A stretch of DNA of 64,000 nucleotides from Mustelus asterias (Eukaryota): NCBI RefSeq assembly GCF_964213995.1, contig NW_027590151.1, forward strand, positions 1 through 64,000, read 5' to 3'. Both the position numbers and the translations under genes were made by a program. The notes beneath the pieces were generated by a model. It saw nothing but the letters and a program-made list of their open reading frames with translations, was not told the DNA's origin and did no database searches. Below are positions 50,644 to 62,460 of this stretch, in pieces (positions within the stretch are counted from its first letter, which is position 1; the number at the start of each line of letters is the position of its first letter).

Positions 50644-51669
50644 GGTGCCGATGTGCCTCTCCAGGTTGATGATCAGTTGAAAGCTCATCCACACACAGAC
50701 AACACGTGTACAGTTTCTCCCCAATGTGAATGGTGTGATGTTTTTTTCAGGCTGTGTAACTGGTTAAAGGTCTTTCCAGTCAGTTCACTGGAACACCTTC
50801 ACTCGGGTGTGTGTGTCTCGGTGCTTTCCCAATCACACTGATGTTTGAAATCTTTTCCCACAGACAGAACAGAAATCCTTTCTCCTTCCACATTCATATC
50901 CCGATTCCTCAAATAGCTCCGTCAGATCTTGACGTGATGTTAGGTTTGAGTTTCCTCTCCTTCCAATATCCTGGAAAAGGAGTTTACAAATGTCATCACG
51001 GTAAATCCAGGATAGAAATTCAGAACAGACAATTCCATTTTCTGTGGAACATTTTTGTTCCCCATCCCACACAATCTCCCTGTGCAGAATCCGGTGAAGT
51101 GTCTTTCCTTCACTCCCAGTTTTCCCTCCCCCATTTCTCTGGCTGTGTTCAGATCTCCAGCTGCTGTTTGCAGAATAAGAATAAAATCAATCATTTTCTC
51201 TCCTGGTCACTGCTCCCTGATGCCCCGCCAACCCAATGCCCCTTCACTAACACGGCCACACATGTACCCTGTTGGTTGGACAAGACTCGCCAGCTTCCTC
51301 CCTCAAGTGGCACCTGGTCACCTGAGTACCTTGGGCATGACACCAAAAGAGCCCCACCTTCCCGATCTGCCCTGACTTCCTATTTCATTGGTAGTCTCTT
51401 GGGTTTGAGGATGACTTGCCTGATCTGTTTGTTAAATCCATCCATCTCCCTTGATTCCATAATCCTTAACACTCTCATCTCACAACCTTCTCACAATCTC
51501 AGTTTTTAAATTCTCTGTTGACTGAATCTGACCAGAATTCCAGATTTCTATTTTCCGTAAAGTGATTCCTGACATTGCTCCTGAACAGCCCAGTCTCAGT
51601 TAAGCAAATAAATATCACTGATTTGTATATTTAAATGGTGACAATTATTTTACTCTGAACTTTAAAAAA

Positions 51670-52200
51670 ACGGCACAGTGGCAACACGGCAGCACAGTGG
51701 TTAGCACTGCTGCCTCATGTGGAGTTTGTCCGTTCTCCCCTTGTTGGTGTCGTGCGCCAGTTTCCTCCCACAGTCTGAAAGACGTGCTGGTTAGGTGCAT
51801 TGACCCGAACAGGTGCCGGAGTGTGGCGACTCGGGGGATTTCACAGTAACTTCATTGCAGTGTTAATGTAAGCCTTACTTGTGATTAATAAATAAATTTT
51901 AACTTTAAAAACAAAATAACAGCAGTGATTAGCACTGCTGCCTCACAGCGCCAGGGACCCGGATTCAATTCCCAGCTTGGGTCACTGTTTGTGCAGAGTC
52001 TGCACATTCTTCACATGGTCCCACAGTCCAAAGATGTGCAGGCTAGGTGGATTGGCCATGCTAAATTGACCTACTTAGTACCCTCAGGGGGATTAACAGG
52101 GTAAATAGGTGAGGTTGCGGTGATAGGGCCTGCGTGGGATTGTTGTTCGGTGCAGGCTCGATGGGCCAAATGGCCTCCTCTGCACTGTAGGAATTCTATA
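51670..52200 (+). mobile_element. Two tandem V-SINEs (alternative-tail type, then HE1 type)
   Basis: Two tRNA-like heads at ~51685 and ~51922; the tails differ. Confidence 0.75.
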
Positions 52201-52529
52201 ATAATCGCAGTGAAAAACTGGAGAAGCTGGAAATGGGAACCAAAAACAGAAAGTTCTGGAAATGGGAACTGAAAACAGGAAGTTGTGGAAATCCTCAGCA
52301 GGTTTTGGCAGCTTCTGTGGAGAGAAACAGAGTTAACATTTGCAATGCCAGAGGCTTGTTGTTGATGAGCTGAGTGTTTGCAGCATTGTGGTGAGCTTTG
52401 AGAAACATACTGAATGTGAGTTTCTAGTTCTCACACAGATCTGGCTGTCAATCTGATTTCACACCTTCCTCTGAACACTTTCCAAACTCAGCTCCAGCTC
52501 ATTGTCCATCCCTTCACTAAACACCCGGA

Positions 52530-52850
52530 TGGACAATCACCACCTCAAGATGGCGGCGCCCGCCGGTTGCCCGGGTAACCCGGGCCCAAGCAACAGGGAG
52601 CAGCCCCGCCCACTCCCCCTTCCCTTACCAAGATGGCCGTCCCCACGCTCCGCTCCCTGAACAAAAGACACGCCTTCCTCTCCTAAGATGGTGGCCGGTT
52701 GCCCGGGTCAATCCGGGACCCGGATGATCCTCTTCCTATTGGTCCGGAGCTGCCCGTCAATCACTCCCCGGCCCATTGTGAGCTGGAGCATGCGCGGTGT
52801 GGCTGTGAATCTGGACTCAGGCGGATGAGTGCAGGAGGTTCCAAACCTCC
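52530..52850. promoter_or_regulatory. Bidirectional CpG-island promoter with YY1 motifs and the cassette terminus
   Basis: Three AAGATGG(C/T) motifs, GTTGCCCGGGTAAC (RFX-like palindrome), GC box, ATTGGTCCGGAGCTGCCCGTCAATC..GAGCATGCGC; lies between 50970(-) and 54169(+). Confidence 0.75.
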
Positions 52851-52910
52851 CAGTAAGACCCATTGGTTTTATTGTCAGTCTGCAGACAGGAGCTGGAGAA
52901 CTGAACCCAG

Positions 52911-53032
52911 TAAGAAGTTTAACAACACCAGGTTAAAGTCCAACAGGTTTATTTGGTAGCAAAAGCCACACAAGCTTTCGGAGCTCCAAGCCCCTTCTTC
53001 AGGTGAGTGGGAATTCTGTTCACAAACAGGGC
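52911..53032 (-). mobile_element. Penelope-like fragment with an intact hammerhead motif (52965..53011)
   Basis: Minus strand CAC CTGAAGA A GGGGC TTGGA GCTCC GAAA GC TT GTG; TSD aactgaa(c/a)ccag at 52899..52910 and 53033..53044. Confidence 0.82.
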
Positions 53033-53157
53033 AACTGAAACCAGACAGAGAAGGAGAGAGAAAACTGGGAGTGGAGGAAAGAAATAGTGGAGAAGGGTTT
53101 GGATTTCAGCCCAAGGAGGAGGGAGAGTGTGTGGGAAGGGGATTTACAGATTTAGGA

Positions 53158-54082
53158 GAACAAAGAACAATGCAGCACAGCAACAGGCCCTTTGGCCCAC
53201 CGAGCCTGTGCTGATTCCTAATTTACACCCACTACTTATTGTCCCTAAACAGATTCTATCCCTCTGTTTGTCTCCCGTTTGTGTGTCTATCAAGATACGC
53301 CTTGAACGTTGCTAATGTGCCTGCTTCCACAACCTCCATTGGCAGCATGGTCCAGGCACCCACAACCCTCTGTGTGAAAAACTTTCCCCACCTCACCTTG
53401 AACCTGTGCCCTCTCATAGTCAACCCTTCCGCCCTGGGAAAAAGCCTCTGACTATCCACCCTATCTATGCATCCCATAATTTTGTAGATCTCTATCAGGT
53501 CACCCCTCAGTCTCCGTCTTTCTAGTGAAAACAATCCAGGTTTATCCAACCTCTTCATACCTTAAACCCTCTAGACTGGGCAACATCTGGTAAACCTTCT
53601 TTATAGTGTCTCCAAAGCATCCACATCCTTCTAGCACAGTGGTTAGCACTGCTGCTTCACAGCTCCAGGGTCCCGGGTTCGATTCCCGGCTCGGGTCACT
53701 GTCTGTGTGGAGTTTGCACATTCTCCTCGTGTCTGCGTGGGTTTCCTCCGGGTGCTCTGGTTTCCTCCCACAGTCCAAAGATGTGCGGGTGAGGTTGATT
53801 GGCCAGGTTAAAAAAATTGCCCCTTAGAGTCCTGGGATGCGTAGGTTAGAGGGATTAGCGGGTAAAATATGTGGGGGTAGGGCCTGGGTGGGATTGTGGT
53901 CGGTGCAGACTCGATGGGCCGAATGGCCTCCTTCTGCACTGTAGGGTTTCTATGATTCTATGATCGTGTGGGAACCAGAACTGCATGTAATACTCCAAAT
54001 GTGGCCTAATAAAAGTTTTATACAGCTGTAACACATCTTGCCAACTTTTATACTTGATGCCCCGGCCAATGAAGGCAAGCAA
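53158..54082 (-). mobile_element. CR1 3' part with a nested plus-strand HE1 SINE (53632..53963)
   Basis: GLFSLERRRLRGDLIEIYKIM; the SINE is nearly identical to 5305..5640. Confidence 0.88.
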
Positions 54083-54521
54083 GAGAGGAAAAAATGTTCC
54101 AGAGAAACTAAAATTGTTCAAAATTTCTATCCTGGACTAACTGATGACTTTTGTAAACTGTTTTACAGAATATTGGAAAGGAGGAATTACAGACAGAAAC
54201 AGAAATCACATTGAGATCTGACAGAGTCACTCGATTCATCAGGGTCTGAATATCATTGGCCTTTGAATGTGGAAGGAGAAATGTTTGTTCTGTCTGTGGG
54301 AAAAGATTTCAAACATCAGTGTGACTGGAAAAGCACCGAGACACACACAAATACCTGAGAGAGTATTTCTGTGAACTGACTATGGAAAGAGCTTTAACCA
54401 GTTACACAGCCTGAAAAAATATCACACCATTCACAGCGAGGAGAAACCGTTCACATGTTCTGTGTGTGGATGAGGATTCAACTAAGTGTCCAACCTGGAG
54501 AGACACAAGGACACCAGCACC

Positions 54522-55502
54522 ATGGAGAAACCATGGAAATGTAGGGATTGTGGGAAAGGATACAGTTACCCTTCTGAACTGGAAATGCATCAACGCGCTC
54601 ACACTGGGGAGAGGCCGTTCACCTGCTCCACCTGTGGGAAGGGATTCACTCAGTCATCCAGCCTGCTGACACACCAGTATGTTCACACTGATCAGACACC
54701 TTTCAAATGTTCTGACTGTGAGAAAACATTTAAAAGCAAAAAGTATCTGCTGAGGCACCAACACATTCACAGTGAGGAGAAGCCGTTCACCTGCCCCTTG
54801 TGTGGGAAGCGATTCACTGCTACATCCAACCTGCAGAAACACCAGCGAGTTCACACTGACAAGAGACCCTTTAAATGTCCAGACTGCGGGAAGTGCTTCA
54901 AAACCTCCGGTGAAGTGACGTGTCATCAACGTGTTCACACTGACGAGAGACCATTTAGATGTTCTCACTGTGGGACTGGGTTCAGACGATCATCTGAACT
55001 CACTGTACACCAGCGAATTCACACTGGGGAGAGGCCATTCACCTGCTCTGTGTGTGGGAAGAACTTCATTCAATCATACCACCTGCTGAAACACCAACAA
55101 ATTCACATCGATGTAAAACCTTTTCAATGTTTTGACTGTGAGCAGAGCTTTAAAAGCAGCAAAAGTCTCGTGATGCACCAGCGAGTTCACACTGGGGAGA
55201 GACCGTTCACCTGCTCTGTGTGTGGGAAGGGATTCACTCAGTCATACAACCTGTTGAAACATCAGCGGATTCACTCTGATATAAAACATTATAAATATTT
55301 TGATTATGAGCAGAACATTAAAAGTAGCAATGATCTAATGATACACCAGCAAGTTCACACTGGAGAGAGACTGTTCACCTGTTCCGAGTGTGGGAATGTA
55401 TTCACTGACTTACAGCAAATGCTCAGACACCAGCAATTTCATGAGTGTCTGCAGGGGTTGGATTCAACTGCTTTTGCTGCTGGTAATCACATTGAAGACT
55501 GA
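54522..55502 (+). CDS. Tandem C2H2 zinc-finger protein, 10 intact fingers plus 1 degenerate, with a C-terminal extension
   Basis: gcaccATGg start; acceptor at 54169; ends ECLQGLDSTAFAAGNHIED*. Confidence 0.9.
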   Translation: MEKPWKCRDCGKGYSYPSELEMHQRAHTGERPFTCSTCGKGFTQSSSLLTHQYVHTDQTPFKCSDCEKTFKSKKYLLRHQHIHSEEKPFTCPLCGKRFTATSNLQKHQRVHTDKRPFKCPDCGKCFKTSGEVTCHQRVHTDERPFRCSHCGTGFRRSSELTVHQRIHTGERPFTCSVCGKNFIQSYHLLKHQQIHIDVKPFQCFDCEQSFKSSKSLVMHQRVHTGERPFTCSVCGKGFTQSYNLLKHQRIHSDIKHYKYFDYEQNIKSSNDLMIHQQVHTGERLFTCSECGNVFTDLQQMLRHQQFHECLQGLDSTAFAAGNHIED

Positions 55503-56384
55503 GCATGTGGGTTAATCCTGAGGTGTGTAAGAAATGTGTTCAGCCGCTCTCTTCCATGGATCAGAGCTCCTTATCTGGGGAGAGAAAACAGGTGCATTCT
55601 GGGTTTGTCACCCAGCAAGCTGCTGTGGAAGCTTTCTTCATAAGAGGGAGAGAGGGAGGGACAGAGAGTGCTGTTCTGTTAATTTTCAAGGAACCTTTTT
55701 ACATTTTATGAAGATTATTAGACAGTGATTGTTTACAAAGCATGCTCTGAAATCAGATTGATATAAAACTGCGAGCTGTTCCTGACCACAAGTGACTATT
55801 CCAGTCTGAAAATGTCTCTGATCTGAAGTTTCCAAATGTTTTTGTGGCATTCCTGAGTTTTCAGATGAAAAGCGGTGACAACAATTGGTATTTACCCAGT
55901 AACAGGTTAAAATGTACCGAGACCCTTCACAGACGGTAAGAAGCTGGGTTGAAAAGGTAAGGAGCAGGTTTAGTGAGGGATTTCCATCCTTTAGGACCTC
56001 AGCAGGTGAAAGTACAGGTGGAGTGAAGCCGGTTGGGGGAGCTGAAGAGGGTCAGAACATTTTATTTTATTGTCTCCTGGGATGTGGGCATCACTGGAAA
56101 GGCCAGAACTTGTTACCCATCCCTTATTGTCCCTGAACTGAGTGGCTTGCTCGGCCCTAGACTCAACCACATTGCTGTGAGTCCAGAGTCACACGTAGGC
56201 CAGACCAGATAAGGATGGCAGATTTCCTTCCCTAAAGGACATTGGTGAAGTTTTACAACAATCGATGATAACTAACATGGACATCATTACTGAGACTAGC
56301 TTTAGAATTCCAGATTCGTTAATTGAATTGGGGATTTGAGCCCATGTCCCCAGAGCATTGGGCTGGACTTCTGGATGTCTGTTC

Positions 56385-56825
56385 CAGAAGTGGAAATGGT
56401 TGAGAGCTTCATGATTTGAGGTGTCCAGATCACCAACAACCTGTCCTGGTCCCTCCACGCCAACACTATAGTTAAGAAAGCCACCAACACCTCTGCTTTC
56501 TCAGGAGGCTAAGAAAATTTGGCATGTCTGCTACGACTCTCATTAGCTTTTACAGATGCACCATAGAAAGCATTCAAGTCTGAGATCACCGACCAACCAA
56601 CTCAAGAACACCTTCTTCTCTGCTGCTATCAGACTCTTGAATCGACCTACCTTTCATTAAGCTTTTCTCTTCACCCTAGCTATAACTTTAACACTATTTT
56701 CTGCACTGTCTCCTTTCCTTCTCCCTGATGTACTTTATGAACAGTATGTGTTTTGTCTGTATGTTGTGCAAGAAACAATACTTTTCACAGTATCCCAATA
56801 CAGATGACAGTAATAAATCCAATCA
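56385..56825 (+). mobile_element. Rex1/Babar fragment with an internal deletion
   Basis: gtccagatcaccaacaacctgtcctggtcc..aagaaagccaccaacacc and the Rex1 3'UTR. Confidence 0.7.
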
Positions 56826-58395
56826 ACGACATTACCACTGTGTCACCTTCTTCCCTAATTGGAGGAGGGCAGGGAGCTCGGAGGGTTGTGGGGCTGGTGG
56901 AGGTTCCAGAGACTGTCTATCATGGAGAAAGTGGCTGCCTCCATGGAGCTTCAAGCACGGCTCTGACTTGCCTCCAAGCAGGTCATGACCATAAACTGTA
57001 AACTTCCAGCCCTTGTCCATTGTTACATCCCGAGGACCAGCTCCCCCTCTCTCTGGCTTTGTGCTGATTGTCGATCCGGCTGGGAGCCACTGGGTGGATG
57101 AGTGGGTGAAAGAATGTTCAGTGAACATGAAGGGGATTGTGTGTGTTTCCCCATTTCTGTTCTGTTCAATTTCCAATATTTATTTATTTTCATTTTTAAC
57201 CAAAAGATATTCAAGTTGTAACATTGAGATCCAGAGGAGTTTAAACCTGTTAAAATCAATCCCCATCCAGTCCACAGGAGGACTGGACTGGTCCCAACTT
57301 TTTATGGTATCAATAAACACAGATCTTACAAGATGTTGATCGGCGGAATTGTCTTTCTGTGAGACCAGGGACGGTCAAACACTGTCCCAAAGTTCAGATT
57401 AGAGCCTTGAGCCTGGGCTATGGGGCCACACACATGGAGCCCCGTTCCCAGATGTCCTTTCCCAGTTGTCCTTCACCCCTGATTTAAATCACCCCACCAT
57501 TGGTGGCCGTGCCTTCAGCTGCCTGGACCCTAAGCACTGGAATTTCCTCCCTAAACCTCTCCACCTTTCCACTTCCCTTTCCTCCCTAAAGACTCTCCTT
57601 ATAACCAATCTCTTTGAATCATCTGACGCAACATGTCCTTTTGTTCCTATGAAACTGCTTCGGACATTTTATTAAGTGAAAAGTTCTACATTAATATAAG
57701 TTGTTGTTGTAGTTCAGTGAAATCTGATCACTTACTGAGTGAGTGAGTTTGTATAAATGTAACTCAGATGGACACAGTTTGTTAGAACAGACCTGGGGAG
57801 AAGGAAGTTTTGAACTAACCACTGGACCTTTTGTTCCAACTTGCTTTTACACCCTGAAGCTAAATGTTTTCCAGACACACTGGCTGCCTACAGAATAAAT
57901 CTGAAATTTTAAACACCCCCCCCCCCCACCTTAAATAAGAAAAAAACCCAATATAAATACATTGATATCAAGTGCATGGCTCTCATTGCAACATTTTTAA
58001 ATTCATTTGTGGAACATGGTCATCGTTGGCTGGACAGCATTTATTGCCCACCCCTAGCTGCCCTTGGTGAACATTGCTGTGGCTTTGGTGTCACATGTAG
58101 GCCAGACCAGGTAAGGACGGCAGATTTCCTTCCCTAAAGGACATTAGTGAACATACATGCAGATATATGAATTAGGAGGAGTCGGCCACTCAGCCACTTG
58201 AGTCTGGTCTACCATTCAATAAGATCATGTCTGATCTGATTGTAACCTCAATTCCATAGACCCACCTACCCTGATAACTTTTCACCCCGTTATTGTTACA
58301 ATCTTTGTCCAGATCCTGGGATGTGAGGGGAGATCCAGTTAGGGACAATAAACACTTTGATTAAACTAAAGGTTGCGATTGAAGATACTTAATAA

Positions 58396-58830
58396 GTGGT
58401 ACAGTGGTTAGCACTGCTGCATCACAATAGCTAAAGTAAATGTTGGTCCTTTAGAGGACAATACTGATGATGGGGAACGCAGAGATGGCAGAGACACTAA
58501 AGCAATATTTTGCCTCTGTCTTCACGGTAGAGAATAATGAAGATTTTCTAAAAACTGTTGTTAATGCGCCAGGGGCCCGGGTTTGATTCCCAGCTTAGGT
58601 CACTATCTGTGTGGAGTTTGCACGTTCTCCCCGTGTCTGGGTGGTTTCCTCCCACAGCCCAAAGATGTGCGGGTTAGATGGATTGGACATGCTAAATTGC
58701 CCCTTAGTGTCAGGGGACTAGCGAAGGTAAATGCATGGGGTTATAGGGATAGGGCCTGGGTAAGATTGTGGTCAGTGCAGACTCGATGGGCCAAGTGGCC
58801 TCCTTCTGCGCTGTAGGATTCTATGATTCT
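58396..58830 (+). mobile_element. HE1 SINE interrupted by a ~140-bp CR1 internal fragment
   Basis: Head 58396..58426, insert 58427..58566, remainder 58567..58830. Confidence 0.75.
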
Positions 58831-58869
58831 AACAAGTGAATAAAGACACAAGATTCCAGAGTCTGGAGC

Positions 58870-59050
58870 AGGACTGGAGGGGCACTCTGCTCCCGCTCGG
58901 TCCTCCGGCCCGGCCCCTCATTCACTCTGATTGGTTGGAGGACCAGCCGCTCCCGGTCCTCCAGCCCCGCCGTTCATTCACTCCGATTGGCTGCAGGACC
59001 AGTTGCTCTTTCTTGGTCCTCCAGCTGCTCCCTCTCGGTCCTCCAGCCAC
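58870..59050 (+). promoter_or_regulatory. Partial ZNF promoter cassette
   Basis: Repeated CCCCTCATTCACTCTGATTGGTTGGAGGACC..GGTCCTCCAGCC units; the terminal NRF1 site is absent. Confidence 0.65.
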
Positions 59051-59367
59051 CCAGCGGAGCCTCTCTTTTCATTGTTGTGGAATCACAAACTGGAGCAAAG
59101 GCACAACTGAGAAAAGGTGATTATTCCCGGATATTTAAAATCAATAATAAAGTCATTAAAGTTGATTTGTTGTTGTGAGCTGTATAATTTGTTGGGATGA
59201 GAGTGAAGGAATGGACCCACAGCCTGAGTCACCAGTTTAAGGATAGGAGGAGAGAGAATCAGACTGAATCTGGAGCAATGAGCAGAGAGGGAGAGGAGTG
59301 TATGGGACACAGTTACAGATCTGGGGAAGTATATATGGGGGAACTATAAGTATATAAAGAGGAAGAG

Positions 59368-60800
59368 AATAGCTGAAATAAATGTTGGTCCTTTAGAGGA
59401 CAATACTGATGAGGTATTAATGGGGAACGCAGCGATGGCAGAACCACTAATCCAATATTTTGCCTCTGTCTTCACAATACAGAATAATGAAGATTTTCTA
59501 AAAACTGTTTATTATTTATTTTTTAAAATTTGATTTATTATTGTCACATGTACTAACATACAGTGAAAAGTATTGTTTCTTGCGCGCTATACAGACAAAA
59601 CATACCATTCATAGAGAAGGAAACGAGAGAGTGCAGAATGTAGTGTTACAGTCACTTGGTACAATAACCATCACGAGGGAGACAATATTGAATAAACTAA
59701 AAGGATTAAAGGCAGATAAGTCTCTGGGACCTGATGGCCTGCACCCTCGGGTATTAAAGGAGGTGGCAGCAGAGATAGTGGATGCATTAGTTGTGAGTTT
59801 TCAAAATTCCTTGGATTCTGGTAAGGTCTCGGTGGATTGGAAACACGTTAATTTGACGCCGTTGTTCAAAAAGGGAGAGAGGCAAAAAATAGGAAACCAA
59901 AGGCCAGTTTGCTTGACCTGTGTAGTGAGGAAGCTGCTAGAATCAATCATTAAGGAGGAGATGAATGAGCATTTGGAACGTCAAAGCTCAATCCATTATT
60001 GTCAGCATGGTTTTATGCAGGGTAAGTCATGTTTAACAAACTTGCTTGAAATCTTTGAGGACATAACCAGCAAGGTGGATAGTGGGGAACCTGTGGATGT
60101 GGTATATATAGACTTTCAGAAGTCATTTGACAAGGTGCCACATAAAAGATTGATTCAGAAAGTGTGATCACAGGGGATTGGGGGTATAGTACTAGATTGG
60201 ATTGAGGATTGGCTAACTGACAGAAAGCAGAGGGTCGGGATAAATGAGTCCTTCTCTGGCTGGCGAAACGTAACTAATGGGGTGCTGCAGGGATCAGTCC
60301 TCGGACCTCAACTTTTTACAATCTATATAAATGATCTGCAAGCAGGGACAGAGTGTAACATAGCAAAATTTGCGGGTGATACTAAAATAGGTGGGAAAGC
60401 AGGCAGTGAAGAGGATATAAAGGCTCTTCAGATGGATATAGATAGGCTCAGAGAATGGGCCAAAATTTGGCAGATGGAATTTAATGTGGGTAAGTGTGAG
60501 GTTATCCATTTTGGCAGAAAAAATGAAAAGGCAAATTATTACCTAAATGAAGCAGATCCAAAATGTGTCCAGGCAGAGGGATCTGGGTGTCTATGTTCAT
60601 AAATCACAGAAAGTCGGTCTGCAGGTGCAGCATGTAATAAAAAAGGCAAATGGGATGTTGGTATTTATTGTAAAGAATCTGGAGTATAAACAGGTGGGGA
60701 GGTGGATTTGAGACCAGGGAGAGATCAGCCATGATCTGATTGAATGGCGGAGCAGGCTCGAAGAGCTGAATTTGTCTCCTTCTGCTCCTAATTCCTATGA
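59368..60800 (+). mobile_element. CR1 LINE RT region with a nested Rex1 3' end (59525..59655, minus)
   Basis: KSLGPDGLHPRVLKEVA..QHGFMQGKSCLTNLL..DFQKSFDKVPH; QGSVLGPQLFTIYINDL. Confidence 0.92.
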
Positions 60801-61216
60801 AATGTTCCATAGAAACTAGAATTGTCTGCTCTGAATTTCTGTCCTCTATTTACACTGATAACTTCTGTAAACTCCTTTTACAGGGGGTGAGAGGGAGAGG
60901 AGTTCCAGACAGGAAAGTCAGAACAAACATCATGTCAAAATCTGAGAGTCACTCGATTCATCAGCTGAATATCATTGGTCTTTGAATGTGGAAGGAAAAA
61001 TGTTTATCTGTTCTGTCTGTGGGAAAAGATTTCATAAATCAATGGGATTGGAAAATCACCGAGACACACACACACCCGAGTGAGAATGTTCCAGTGCACT
61101 GAGTGTGGAAAGAGCTTTAAACAGTTACACAGCCTGAAACTACATCACATCATTCACAGAGGGGAGAGACTGTACATGTGTTGTGTGTGTGGACGAGGCT
61201 TCAACTGATCATCAAC

Positions 61217-61832
61217 ATGGAGAGACATGATGACACCGACACCACGGAGAAACCGTGGATATGTGGGGACTGTGGGAAAGCATTCACTTGCCCATCCAAA
61301 CTGGAAACATATCGACGCACCCACACTGGGGAGAGACCTTTCAACTGCTCCATGTGTGGGAAGGATTTCACTCAGTCATCCAACCTAGCATTACATCAGC
61401 GTGTTCACACTGGAGGGGCCATTCAGCTGCTCTGTGTGTGGGAAAAGATTTACTCAGTAGTACAATCTAGCGTTACACCGGCGGGTTCACACTGGGGAGA
61501 GGCCGTTCACCTGCTCCGTGTGTGGGAAGGGATTCATTAATTCCTCTAACCTAGTGGCATACCAGCGAGTTCACTCCGGGGAGAAACCATTCAGCTGCAC
61601 TGACTGTGGAATGAGCTTTAGGCTTTCATCCACCCTGCTGAAACACCAGCGAGTTCACACTGGGGAGAGGCCATTCAGCTGCACTGACTGTGGAAAGAGT
61701 TTCAGACACTCAGGCAGTCTCACTGTACACCAGCGAGCTCACACTGGGGAGAGGCCATTCACCTGCTCCGAGTGTGGGAAGGGATTCATTGATTCATCTC
61801 AGCTGCTGAAACACCAGCGAGTTCACAAGTGA
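61217..61832 (+). pseudogene. C2H2 ZNF, 7 fingers, with a frameshift (~61413) and a stop (~61458)
   Basis: Canonical ATG is mutated to ACG (TTEKPW); ORFs 61178..61540 and 61518..61832; acceptor at 60884. Confidence 0.82.
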
Positions 61833-62460
61833 GGGCAGAGATTGGATTCTGCTGTTATTGCTGCTGTTAATGACAACCAGGCCCTTTCATTCTGACAGCT
61901 GGAGTTTGTTTCTGCTGATGTTAATACAGCCGGTAACTGGGCTGGAGTTTAATATTCTGGATCTGGAGCTGATTGCGTTCTCTGGGCTGCAGTGTCCCTT
62001 TAAGAACCTCTGTCTGCGACCTTTCCCCATAATTCAGCAACTCGCATCAGAAATTAATTTACAACAGGATTCTGAACTTCTTACTTCAATCCCAAATTGA
62101 TCTTCAGTACAAACTTTACAATTCAGTGTCTGAGAGGTTCCACTGATTAACATCTCCAATTAAAATGCTGATTAATCCTTGCTGACGTGCACATTACACA
62201 AAGTGACACCTCCATTATCCACCAGAAAGAAGAGGAATGAAAATTGGTGGAGAATCGAGAGATCCCAAATCTTACCCCTCCACTCTGGTACAGAATTCTC
62301 TCTCCCCCCCCCCTCCCTCCCCCTCAACCCGGGAGTGGAGACAAGTTCAATCCAAGTAACAGACTGTAAGAAATTGCTGTCTAATAACTTTATAACATTT
62401 TCAGAATATTCTGGATTATAGAAGCAGCTCACTCTCTGTCTTGTGAAGAAAGCTTCCATC

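Noticed and set aside
50811-51509. 232-aa plus-strand ORF
   Set aside because: Antisense to a ZNF leader/intron, non-ATG start and no recognisable domain
54280-54490. Selenocysteine or readthrough recoding of the conserved leader TGAs
   Set aside because: One copy has TAA, the leaders also carry frameshifts (CA microsatellite), the stops are not at Cys positions, and I recognised no SECIS
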